Of a DNA stretch of 64,000 nucleotides, positions 16,789 through 27,050 are shown piece after piece. The notes below the pieces were generated by a model, which worked only from the letters and a program-made list of their open reading frames with translations, was not told the origin of the DNA and searched no databases. Source of the stretch: Macrostomum lignano (lineage: Eukaryota); NCBI GenBank assembly GCA_002269645.1, contig NIVC01000255.1, positions 186,001-250,000 on the forward strand, in the 5' to 3' direction. The first letter of the stretch is position 1. Each line of letters starts with the position of its first letter. Made by a program: the position numbers and the translations under genes.

Positions 16789-17917
16789 GTGTGCTGCAGA
16801 CTTGCTCATTGTCGCTGACCTCCATTTCCCCAACCTTCTGATGCATGACCTCTCGAGTGTGGGGGCCTAGCGGAGAATTAAATGCTTCAATATCAGCATA
16901 GATAGCGAACGGTGCTTCAATAGTTTTGAAGTAGTTTTGAAAAGACAGCACGCTGCGCTTCTCAGTAGGAACTCGTTCCTTGACAGCAAACTCATTAGAG
17001 CGATAGCACTGCTCTCTGTGCTCACTTAGCTTCTGATCAGTTACGAAAGAGCTCAAGCAGCGTTCACACCACTTTCTGTGGTAAAGACCGCTTTTACTGT
17101 TTAGTAGCCTATCAAGGCTCACAATTCCGCACCCGTGTTTATCCTCTTCATCCTTGTTAGCTGATTTGTTCAATAGTACGAGTAGGAGAAGAACTACTTT
17201 GCGACTGCATGCGACTTCAACTCGTGGCTGCCTCAGCACACTGACACCGTTACTGCTTGACCAAGAAAAAACTACAAAACATAACCTTGGGTTCAATAAT
17301 TCGATTCGATTTAGCTGGTTGAGTCCAACGGGTAAGGAAATTCCTGAAAAATTGATATCGTTCAACCAGTCCTTGTAAGTATAAAGCCTTTGAGGGTTTT
17401 TCCTCAAATTCTCATCACCGTGATGCAGCACTGCAAGGCAGGCATACAAAAAACAATCAGAGCCAGTACTAGGAGGATTGATGACAGCTTTTTTTGCCTT
17501 CAGCAGAGGAGGTAATTCAAAATTGCTTGCGTGACCAGAGTAGAAGCGCAGTCTTTGACCAACCGCAATATTCAAGTCGATGCAGTTGACGCGCACAATC
17601 ACCCAACCACTGCCATTTGTGTTCATCTTCTCAATGATGCCTTCGCAACCATCAATCTGCTGCTTCCACCAATCATCAAAGCAAGCGGCGTCATTGACAG
17701 GTTGCAAACGAGTGCTTACCCATCTTTCTTCCTGGTTCACCACTTCACCAGCTTGGATTCTGTTCATTCGGATGCTCATTTTTAGCTGCGCTCTAACTAA
17801 AAGATTTGGATTCACCATCTTCTCGAATACAATTCGCTGTACTGCTTCCCTGCTCCGTCGGGCGAGTTCAAATGGGTCACATGGTGCATCGCTTGGCACG
17901 GAAATTCGATACACCAC
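15647..17917 (-). pseudogene. Protein-primed DNA polymerase B, N-terminal half (terminal-protein region, exonuclease, EndoVII-like Zn finger); polymerase core deleted; frameshift at about 16650
   Basis: GSGW, LP..L.KKAVIN..DCF, C..C..H..C, YADIE, C..C...DHDHLTGKFKGAAC..CN, FHNLRNYD, FLDSFQF, KGVFPF, LDPAHYFTTPGLSFDSALK. Confidence 0.92.
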
Positions 17918-18066
17918 CAGGGTTTCGTTGTGCGCACTTGCTACTTGCTGAATGTCTAAAATAAAAAAATTAACAGCTTTGCTTATTCTCTGTTACTCAA
18001 AGGATGGTATTCCATGATAATGAAATTTAGACTCAATAAGCACACTTAAATCGAATTTCTCGATTT

Positions 18067-18762
18067 TTAAATACAAAACTTTCGAATGCACCCAGGAATT
18101 AAATAACTTAAGGCTGAAATTAAAAATGTTGTTGACTCACGATAAGGATGAATATTGCTGGCACCGTTGTTTTCGATCAAGCTGAGTTCCCTTCCTGCAC
18201 TGCCGCCGCCGGTGTCGCTTCCTGCACTGCCGCCGCCGGTGTCGCTTCCTGCACTGCCGCCGCCGGTGTCGCTTCCTGAACTGCCGCCGCCGGTGTCGCT
18301 TCCTGAACTGCCGCCGCCGGTGTCGCTTCCTGAACTGCCGCCGCCGGTGTCGCTTCCTGAACTGCCGCCGCCGGTGTCGCTTCCTGCACTGCCGCCGCCG
18401 GTGTCGCTTCCTGAACTGCCGCCGCCGGTGTCGCTTCCTGAACTGCCGCCGCCGGTGTCACTTCCTGAACTGCCGCCGCCGGTGTCGCTTCCTGCACTGC
18501 CGCCGCCGGTGTCGCTTCCTGAACTGCCGCCGCCGGTGTCGCCTGAATCTTCGGCGGAACTAGAATCTGACAAATCGTCAGCAGATTCTGACAAATCGTC
18601 AGCAGATTCTGACAAATCGGCAGCAGATTCTGACAAATCGGCAGCAGATTCTGACAAATTTTCAGCTGAATCCGACAAATCTTCCCGAGATTCAAGCTCC
18701 GAAAAATTCTGAGCCGACTCCGATGCATCTTCGGAAGAATCTGTCAGATTGACCCAGTCCAT
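18067..18762 (-). repeat. Low-complexity ORF region in the Maverick: 13 x 27-bp and about 5 x 21-bp minisatellites (SDTGGGSSG / DLSESAA)
   Basis: Tandem units are visible. Several frames are open, so the coding frame is uncertain. Confidence 0.7.
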
Positions 18763-19080
18763 ATCACCGGTCTTGTCATTCAGTTACTATTCACGATCGT
18801 TATTCAGCTGTAAGATGTAACGTCAAAGTGCGATAAAATTTAGATTAATTATTCAAAATTTTATACTTTAACTATTTGCTTTTCCTTACCGTGTGCTGAC
18901 TATACTACATGAAAATTGATGTACATATGTAATATGAAATAAAAAAACACAAGATCGAACATGTTCATCCAAAATAAACTACTGAATCATATCAGGCTGT
19001 AAAACTTTCAACTTATATTTGTCAAACTTTCAAGGTGTTCGGCCACAGAGACAGCAGGTAAGTTTCAAACACCCGAAATA

Positions 19081-19752
19081 TTAATGTAAAAACTTGTATT
19101 CATGATTGAGTCGAAAATTGACACCATTCAGCGGCTGCTCGATGACACCATTCAGCGGCTGCTTGTTGACACCATTCAGCGGCTGCTCGATGACACCATT
19201 CAGCGGCTGCTTGTTGACACCATTTAGCGGCTGCTCGATGACACCATTCAGCGGCTGCTCGATGACACAATTCAGCGGCTGCTCGATGACACCATTCAGC
19301 GGCTGCTCGATGACACCATTCAGCGGCTGCTTGTTGACACCATTCAGCGGCTGCTCGATGACACCATTCAGCGGCTGCTCGATGACACCATTCAGCGGCT
19401 GCTCGATGACACCATTCAGCGGCTGCCCGTTGACACCACTCAGCGGCTGCTCGTTGCCACCATTCAGCGGCTGCTCGTTGATGTCGAATGCCTGGTCATT
19501 ATCATCTCCATAGTCACTGGGCTCCTCGTTGAAGTTCATATCGGGGCTGCCCATCCTGAGCTGTTTACCCCGAATATGTGGCGGCTGACGAACAAGCGGT
19601 TCAACGGAATGATGTGCAGTTCCACGGCCGACAAAATCATCATCGCTATTGGCTTCTGCGACTACAACGTTGATGACCTCGTTAAGAACTTGCTTTCTCG
19701 CAGCCTGCTTCTTTTCTTGCTCCTGCGCTTTTTGGAGAACATTACGTCGCAA
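19081..19752 (-). CDS. Hypothetical Maverick protein with about 15 x 24-bp (EQPLNGVI) repeats
   Basis: 223-codon ORF (alternative start) with a basic/acidic N-terminus followed by the minisatellite. Confidence 0.45.
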   Translation of the reverse strand: MRRNVLQKAQEQEKKQAARKQVLNEVINVVVAEANSDDDFVGRGTAHHSVEPLVRQPPHIRGKQLRMGSPDMNFNEEPSDYGDDNDQAFDINEQPLNGGNEQPLSGVNGQPLNGVIEQPLNGVIEQPLNGVIEQPLNGVNKQPLNGVIEQPLNGVIEQPLNCVIEQPLNGVIEQPLNGVNKQPLNGVIEQPLNGVNKQPLNGVIEQPLNGVNFRLNHEYKFLH

Positions 19753-20229
19753 ATCGCGGATCCCTTCATCACCAGAGGGCAGCAGCTGGTGTCCTCGATG
19801 GCGAGAGGCCGAGATATTTTTCCCAGGCTTTATAATGCCACACTGCCAGCAGACAGACCATGTACAGCGCTTACAGTTTAGATAGCGACCTGCCTTAAGT
19901 GCTCCAAGAACACTTTTTTCGCAGCTTAGACAAACTTCAAAAGTTGAGAGGGTTGCCTCAGTCTTGCTTTTTGTTTTTATTTTTAAAAGCTAGCTTGTAT
20001 TAGTGTGATTGCTTGTGAAAGTAGAGCAGTCCGAGTCAGTCCAGGTCTCGGATTAATTGCTGTTTACTCGTATATATATGTAAATGAACCGCTAGGGGTC
20101 CTTATATTGTTTATTTCTTCTCTCGTATTTTTTATTTATGTATTATTATGATATAATACAGGTACGCTCGTACTATTACATTCACTACCCCTCCAATCAT
20201 ATCAAAGAAGCAAGAAGCCCACCCCACAG

Positions 20230-20748
20230 CACAACCCGTTACAAAGTTTATTATCCATTTATTAGCAATGCCAGTGCGCCAGAGGCAGACACTCAAGACC
20301 GGAGCCTCGCTCTCTTATCTATTTCACTCCGCACTGACAAATAGTGAGGCAGAGTTGAACAACTGTTTTAGAGCTCAACTCTCTGTCCCTGCACAGTGAG
20401 AGTTGCATAGGCATGCTATAGGATAAGCACAGTGGGGGGCGCCGAGGAGTTGCATAGGCCAGGCACAAATTGAGGTGGACGTTTCCACGCTATGCCTACC
20501 TTGTTTTTAATTTGTTTACTCTGCTATTCCAAAAACCTTCCAATTCTTTGCTTTGCTACCTGCCTCCCCCAGTGCGGCAGAGTTGCATAAGCGTTTCACC
20601 ACCCGCCACCCAGCCAATCGCGCACCCACCCTACGCCCCTTATTTCCATTGGCTATCTCAGCTGGCACTTTTACGCCCTCCTATCCTTTTACATTACCGC
20701 CTATCTCCGCAGTGCAAGTGCGGCAGAGTTGCATAAACTCATACTACT
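20230..20748 (-). repeat. Maverick right TIR
   Basis: Reverse complement of 12317-12829. Confidence 0.93.
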
Positions 20749-22283
20749 CAAGCCCAGAACGCGCAAGGACAGCGAGAAGTGCAGGCGATGCGGCGGCGAC
20801 TACAGCAAGGAGCACAAGTGCCTGGCAATGGGAAAAACGTGCAACAACTGCAGTAAGCTGAACCACTTTGCCGCTGTGTGCCGAAGCAAGACGGTGGCGA
20901 CAGTCGGCGAGGAGGTGAGCACCATCCTGCAAGTCGCGAACCAGGATCCGACTGCCGTCCACAACATCGAATGCGCGGTCCGCGACGAGCTGCTGACGCT
21001 GACGCTGGACAGCGGTGCCTCCGTGTCGGTGATCAGCATGTCCGACTTCCAGAGAGTTCGACGACACGCAACCAAGGGAAGCGGACCTCCAGCACGGCTC
21101 GTGGCCTACGGTGGCTCGCACATCAGGACCTACGGGACAGCGACGCTCCCGGTCACGTTCAAGGAAAGGACGGCCTCGGTCTGTTTTCAGATCACCGAGG
21201 GCAGCTCAAGCCTTTTTGGACGCTCCGACTTCTCGAATTTTGGTGTCTCTTCAAATTAACCATCTCGGTGACGAGGGCTCACAACTCCAGGACAACTCCA
21301 AGGACCTCTTCGAGCCGATCAGGCAGCAGTCCAGCACGCCAGCAGGAGCCTGGGAAGATCTGCAGCTCGACATATGCGGCGAGTTCAAACGGGCACCAAG
21401 GCACCAACGATTTGCGATCGTCCTGGTTGACAAATTTAGCCGGTGGCCGGAGGTCGCGCTAGTGGAAACTGTCACCACGAAGTCCATCATCAACTTCCTC
21501 GAGGTCATCTGGTCGAGGTAAGGCATCCCCAAGAGCATCACAACTGACAATGGACCCTAGTTTGGCCGAGAGTTCGAAGAGTACCTGGCGAGCCTGGCGA
21601 TCGAACACAAGCGAACGGCGGTGTACTGCCCAGAACAAAACGGCAATGTCGAACGGTTCAACCGCACCCTCGGCGAGGGCGTGACGGCACACCTAGTCGC
21701 CGGGTGGACCTTCTGCAAGGCAGTTCGAGCTGTCGTCGCGGCCTACAGGGCGACCCCAACGCACGTCACGGGTTCGAGTCCACGCGAGCTCATGACTGGC
21801 CGACCAATGCGCACCCCGCTGCTCGCACTCCAACCGGACTCGGAAGCCAAGCGGACGATGTCGGCTCATGACCGGGTCGCCACGGCAAAGCTACGAGCAA
21901 AGAGCGTCACCGACCGTCGGCGGCATGCATCGGCGACGCGGACCGCCGTCATCCAAGACGGCTCCTGGGTGCACATCTCCAAGCCGGTGGCACCTGGCAA
22001 GCTGGAGCCGAAGCTCGCCGGGCCGTTCCGGGTTCGCAAGCGATTCAAGACAACCGTGCTGCTCGAAAACGGCAACCGGTGGCACCTGCGGCGCTGCGTG
22101 CCGGCCGGACCTGGAAAAGGAAGCGACGATGACGGCGACGCGAAGCTCGACGAAGGTGGCGGTGGCCCGGAGGTGGATCCGCCAGGACCGCCTGATGATC
22201 TCGCTGGGGACCCGCCGGCACCCCCGCCGGTGCTGAGAAGGTCAGAGCGCGAGCGTCGCCCGCCAATGCGCTACCCGAACTGA
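20749..22283 (+). pseudogene. Gypsy gag Zn knuckles, protease and integrase core; RT-RNase H deleted at about 21315
   Basis: After the protease and KDLFEP the sequence jumps directly to integrase WEDLQLDICGEF. Stops and frameshifts are present. It ends with the typical RRSERERRPP.RY. Confidence 0.85.
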
Positions 22284-23694
22284 ACCGTGTATGATGCACT
22301 GAACGGACAATTGTTCAATACACAACAATATGCAAACAGCTAATATATCTGTACCTAGCAGGGCTGAGCTCTAGCTGAATTGTCAGTGTAATTGCGCAAT
22401 GTCTTCATTCTGACTGATGCTCTATTTTAAAAGCTATTTAATTAAGAACTTAGAAGGCTGCAAGTGTGACTGAGGTATTTGTAGTTTCAAGTAAAGACAG
22501 ACATGGCAAAGGCGAGTCTAAACCAAGTGTTTTTTTATGAGCTCAAAGTGAGGGACAATTTGAAGCGCAAAATTCGAGAGAAAAGTAAAGCCTCTTCTTC
22601 CAAGACGGTCAATTGTTCTAAAAAGTGAGAAACCGGAACTGCGGCAAGAAAAGGCGCCCGGAACAGTAGCGGCGTGTGTTATTTACTGAGGATGAATTCA
22701 GGGAAAAGATCAAAACACTGCACGTCGATCGTTTTTTATAAATTATCGTTTTTTGACCCGTACATCACAATTCGGATATCGCAAAGCAAACCTTAGTTTT
22801 TCGGCCGGATATTTCAACCTGCTTGTGACTTCCGGGAGGGGAGACTGCAAGTACCCCGGAGAACGTAAAGCAGCTTGAGATATCCGGACCGGATACTTTA
22901 AGATGCTTGGAATATCTGGGGGGGGGAGATCAGAAAGCACCTGCAATAACCGAGGGGAGATCAGAAAGTAGTTGTACTATCTGGGCGGACAACACAAGAC
23001 ACGGATATCCGAAAGTATAATACCGGGCCGCTGTCAGATCGCTGAGATAGGCGATTTCGCTTCTGCACTCTGCCCCTCTCTCTCTGGCTTTTTCCCGTGT
23101 TGTAAAGTTGTGTCCGTAAGCCTGCATCAGTGTCTACATGGCAGCAAAAACAGCAATTCTACACTACAATTATTATTTCTGCTCGAGCATTTAACCCCAG
23201 CAACAATTGAATGCAGCCGCTCAGCCCCTGCACCTGTCCCACACGCGATAAGACACGCCCGGCAATTCACGCAAAAAAGCAGAAAAGCTCCGAGAAGCGG
23301 CTCCTGAAAAGCCGGGAATTTTCCGGCCCTCCTGGCGGTCCGAGCGGCTCCGCCCGTGAGAAGCGGCAGCTGCAGCCGCAACGGCCGGCTCTGCCACAGC
23401 GCCTCTTCAGCGCCTTGTCGGTGGCGGCCCTGCGGCCTCACTCTGGCGGCCTCAGCAACTCGGCTGCTGTCACGATCGCAGCTCCACAGTGAAACGTGAC
23501 TCGGACAGCCACATCGGACCTGCAACTGCAGCAGAACCTCAGCTGAGGCCGCGCCACTCAATCTGGCGAGATTCCACGCCCTCCACGCATTCCAGCAGCA
23601 GCTCGAGTGGATAAATGCCGACTCGCAATGCCTGCTCAAATTTGCAACTCAAAGTGGCCGCTCCAATCAGCGACTCCCATTGGCGACTCAGCAA

Positions 23695-25314
23695 ATGCAG
23701 CACCGCCAGCTACTCGCTGCCTGCCTCGCCGCAGCCACTGCAGCTCTGCTGCTCACCGGCGCCGCCTCTGCTCAGTGTCCCGGACACGGCTGGACACACC
23801 GAGCTCACTCATGCTACAAGTGGTTCAGCGAGCCGAACTACTGGTTTCAGGCCGAGCAGACGTGTCTGTCTCACCGGGCTCAGCTCGCGTCCATCCAAAG
23901 TGAGCAAGAGAACCGACTGGTAGGCCGACTGTCTCACTGCAGAGACGCCTGGATCGGTTTGTTCGGCACCGACCTCGACCGTCTGGCCGACCCTACAAGC
24001 TACAGGTGGACAGACGGCGGCGGCGTAGGGAGCTTCAAGAGACACAACTTCTCTCAGCTGGACAGCGTTCACAAGCCTCTGATCCGAAGTGACGGTGAGT
24101 GGTGGCTCAACTCGCTGTATCACGAGCGGCACCCGTTTGTGTGCAAGTTGAGCGCCAACTCCAGCAGTCTCGTCGACTTGTGGTGGCGGTCGAAGGGCCG
24201 ATGTCCCAGCGGCTGGTGGCTGCACAACGAGCAGTGCTACGTGATGCCGCAGTTTGAAGCCAACTTCAACGAGGCCAACTTCTACTGCCAGCGAAACTCG
24301 TCGCAGCTGGCGTCGGTGCTCACCCAGTCTGAGCTGGACTTTGTGAACAAGCTCAGCTTCGGAATCGACAGCTGCGAGTCGGCAGAGCTGCTCGACTCGG
24401 TGTGGCTCGGCCTCATCAAGCTGAACCCCTGCTTCCCTGACAGTGCGGGTCGCGAGCTCTGCTACCAGTGGACGGATTTCTCAGGGAAACACGACAACAA
24501 GCTGCCCGCATGGGAGACTGGACACCCGGACAGTGCGGACTGGACTGTGAACTGCGTCACGCTGTCAGCTGGTCGACTGCGCAGTGACAGGTGCCACAGC
24601 AGGCACAGGTTCGTGTGCAAGACGGAGGCGTCGGACGGCATTGTGGCTGCGTTCGACTTCAGGAGGGGCCTCGACAACCTGGTGGACCCGCGCACCTTCG
24701 CCATCGAGGACCAGTTCGGCGTGGAGAGGTCGGCAGAGGACGGGGCCTGCTTCAAGCAGAATTTCAGTGCCAGTTATGGGGAGTTCTACAATGTCGGAGC
24801 TCCCGTGGCATTCAATGAGTCGATCTGGAATGCAGCAGAGTGGACCATGTTCTTCAGGCTGACTCGGAGCAACAGCAGCTTTGTTCAGTTTCTGTCAGTC
24901 CCGATCGACCATTTGCACCCAGATTGGAGGGAAAGCCTTTATGCTAACATTTATCAATATTCTGGGGACAGATTTAGATTTGATGTTTGGCAACGCGACG
25001 TTGGAAACCCAACGCATTTCCTTTGGCATCACAACAAACACTACTTCAACGGATCGGGCTGTGCTGGCAGCTGGTGCGACATTCGGCTGGCAATGAAGAA
25101 CCGCATTTTGGATTCTCCTGCCATCGGAGAGCCTCTGAGCGTTCACTATTTGAACTCGACTTATGTGGCTGAGGAACTGGGACTGCAGCATCTGCAGCTC
25201 GGAAATATTTACCCATCTGCTTCCCAGCGGCTCTGCGTAAGGTGCTTCGGAGTCGCCCGCAGGCAGCTGAGCGCCGATGAGGTGCGGCAGGCGATGTCGG
25301 CCTTCTGCCCCTGA
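23695..25314 (+). CDS. Secreted 2xCTLD + LamG-like protein (copy 2, paralog of 867-2495)
   Basis: Near-identical to copy 1 over the first about 385 codons. Intact ORF. AATAAA at 25349. Confidence 0.85.
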   Translation: MQHRQLLAACLAAATAALLLTGAASAQCPGHGWTHRAHSCYKWFSEPNYWFQAEQTCLSHRAQLASIQSEQENRLVGRLSHCRDAWIGLFGTDLDRLADPTSYRWTDGGGVGSFKRHNFSQLDSVHKPLIRSDGEWWLNSLYHERHPFVCKLSANSSSLVDLWWRSKGRCPSGWWLHNEQCYVMPQFEANFNEANFYCQRNSSQLASVLTQSELDFVNKLSFGIDSCESAELLDSVWLGLIKLNPCFPDSAGRELCYQWTDFSGKHDNKLPAWETGHPDSADWTVNCVTLSAGRLRSDRCHSRHRFVCKTEASDGIVAAFDFRRGLDNLVDPRTFAIEDQFGVERSAEDGACFKQNFSASYGEFYNVGAPVAFNESIWNAAEWTMFFRLTRSNSSFVQFLSVPIDHLHPDWRESLYANIYQYSGDRFRFDVWQRDVGNPTHFLWHHNKHYFNGSGCAGSWCDIRLAMKNRILDSPAIGEPLSVHYLNSTYVAEELGLQHLQLGNIYPSASQRLCVRCFGVARRQLSADEVRQAMSAFCP

Positions 25315-25402
25315 GGCTGCGGACTGCGGCACTTCGAGACTGGTAGTCAATAAAGCCTTTTATTGCTAACTCTGACTTTGTTTCCAAAGTATACACGACA
25401 GG

Positions 25403-25873
25403 TTAAGGAACTGGCAAATATTTTATTTGTTTTAAGCTTTTGTCTTTTACCGAGAATGTACGCTCGTATGTGGTGACGCAGGGGGATCCCGGTCGTTTCT
25501 CCCGGAGTTCGGGCTCGCTCGCTGACTCCCATTGCCGCTGAAACGTTTCTTCGGCCAACCTATCTCCTTCCTGCTTGCGCATCACTTCGTCCCGTAGATC
25601 ATTCGGCATCTCGTCGTCGTCCAGCATCTCCTCCGCAATTTCCAGTAGCTTATCGGGCTCCAAAATCATGCTTCCAAACCAATCATACAGCTTTCGGCGG
25701 AACGGGCAGGATAGCAGCCGGTACGCTTCCTCGCACTCCTGGAACTGCTGCTTGAGGATGCTGTCGCCTTTCTTGTCAGGATGGGACTCCCGAGCTCGAC
25801 GGTAGAATGCTTTCCGGATTTCTGAGGTCGTAGCTTCTTTGGTAACACCCAGTCGCTCATACAGATTCGACAT
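25403..25873 (-). CDS. Small J-domain (DnaJ/Hsp40) protein, 156 aa
   Basis: NLYERLGV...EIRKAFYRRARESHPDK...FQECEEAYRLLS...RRKLYD is a complete J-domain with the HPD motif. Confidence 0.88.
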   Translation of the reverse strand: MSNLYERLGVTKEATTSEIRKAFYRRARESHPDKKGDSILKQQFQECEEAYRLLSCPFRRKLYDWFGSMILEPDKLLEIAEEMLDDDEMPNDLRDEVMRKQEGDRLAEETFQRQWESASEPELREKRPGSPCVTTYERTFSVKDKSLKQIKYLPVP

Positions 25874-25967
25874 CCTAAAACCGTTTAAAACTTCTGCTAC
25901 CAGTATCAAATGGGTTTATCTGCTTCCTTCGCCGATATCTCTACTACGCGTCGTACGCCTGCCCGGG

Positions 25968-26318
25968 TCAGAAGTAAACCGGCTGTCCGAACCGGTCCGG
26001 GGGTCTCCGTCGTCGTTGCGGTCGGATACCGTCAGGCAGAGGCTCGGGTTCGATCTCCACTTCCAGGTGATGTTCAATCACTTCAGGCACCGGTGGCTCC
26101 AGCTCAGCCATCCTGTCCTCGTTCTCCACCAGTAATCCCTCGTCGCGAATCAGGGGAATTAGTTGTCGGACGCCTTCCTCAAGCTCTGGCAGTCTAGCGC
26201 AGAAGATGTCGTCCTCGTCGTCGTCCTTCTTAGCATTCTCATCCTGTTCCAATATTCTATCACACCCAATTTTATTATCAATTGGTTTACAAAGGCAGTC
26301 TTTTATTGTTTCATCTAT
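25968..26318 (-). pseudogene. Hypothetical acidic viral ORF (start codon apparently ATG>ATA)
   Basis: The frame is open back to tataaaATAgatgaa, the same start context as neighbouring viral genes. Confidence 0.4.
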
Positions 26319-26339
26319 TTTATAAAAAAATAAATTTAA

Positions 26340-27014
26340 CTAAACTCCTGTATGTCCAGCAGCTTTAGCAGCAGCTAAAACAAGTTTGCGCGGAGTTTTT
26401 AAACCATCACCAACAGCTCTTTTGTTATTTATTGATCTAACAATCCTTTTATACAAATTGGTGTTTTAAACACCCCCTACTCCTAACTCATCATAAAAAT
26501 TTTTAGCACTTACTAATTCGTCCCTAGTATATAAATCAGCATTAAACTTTACTCTAGGGTTCATAATAATATTATATGCTCCACCTAATTCTCTATATAG
26601 CTCATTCCGATTTTTATCAACCCCACCAATTCGATAATTACCACCACCTAAATCCATCACATCAATACTTCGCGGCGCAGCGTTCGGATATTGTTCAACT
26701 TCACCCCGTTCTTCACGCCTAATCTCTGCAACTCTCAATACTGCTTGATCAACATCATAAGCAGGCGGCTCATCCTCCACAACATCATCCTCTTTTGGCT
26801 CCGTATTCTTAGCAATTTTGTCAAGAAGGTCTTTATCTGTTTTTTCTAGTTCAATAATTTTCCCCGTAATCGGATTAACAAAAGGAGCAGCCAATTTCTT
26901 ACCAGCTAACTGTATTCCTAACTTTCTTTTTTGTAAATTTCTAACAAAATCAGAATATCTTTGCTTCTCTTTATAAATCGCTAACTCTCCATCAACATCC
27001 ATAAATTGACTCAT
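26340..27014 (-). CDS. Hypothetical Polinton protein (182 aa; frame continues 42 codons past one TAA)
   Basis: AT-rich ORF divergent from the MCP, with ttaaaaaATG start context. Confidence 0.55.
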
Positions 27015-27050
27015 TTTTTAACATAAAAAACATTTTTTTAACTTAAAAAA

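Larger units (their letters stand above)
12317..20748. mobile_element. Maverick/Polinton, internally deleted (8432 bp)
   Basis: Ends AGTAGTATGAG...CTCATACTACT. TIRs of about 0.51 kb. 6-bp TSD CAAGCC at 12311-12316 and 20749-20754. Carries integrase, pPolB and penton remnants. Confidence 0.95.
11678..22327 (+). mobile_element. Gypsy LTR retrotransposon (gag-protease-integrase; RT/RNase H deleted; LTRs reduced to remnants), split by a Maverick at 12317-20748
   Basis: PBS TGGCGACGAAGATGG (tRNA-Ser-like) at 11710. Gag ATG at 11721. Gag re-joins in frame across the insertion (KQKVRTKPRTRKD). CCHC knuckle C..CSKLNHFAAVC, protease LDSGAS, integrase LDICG/TDNG/ERFNRTL. LTR-end remnant caatacacaaca at both ends. 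Confidence 0.85.

Noticed and set aside
16755-16790. Poly-Ser/poly-Ala tract in pPolB
   Set aside because: A short (GCT)n microsatellite in a variable linker.
22740-22990. Short repeats (ggggagatcagaaag x2, ccggata motifs)
   Set aside because: No TIR/TSD pair or coding signal could be established; used only as weak context for a possible viral end.
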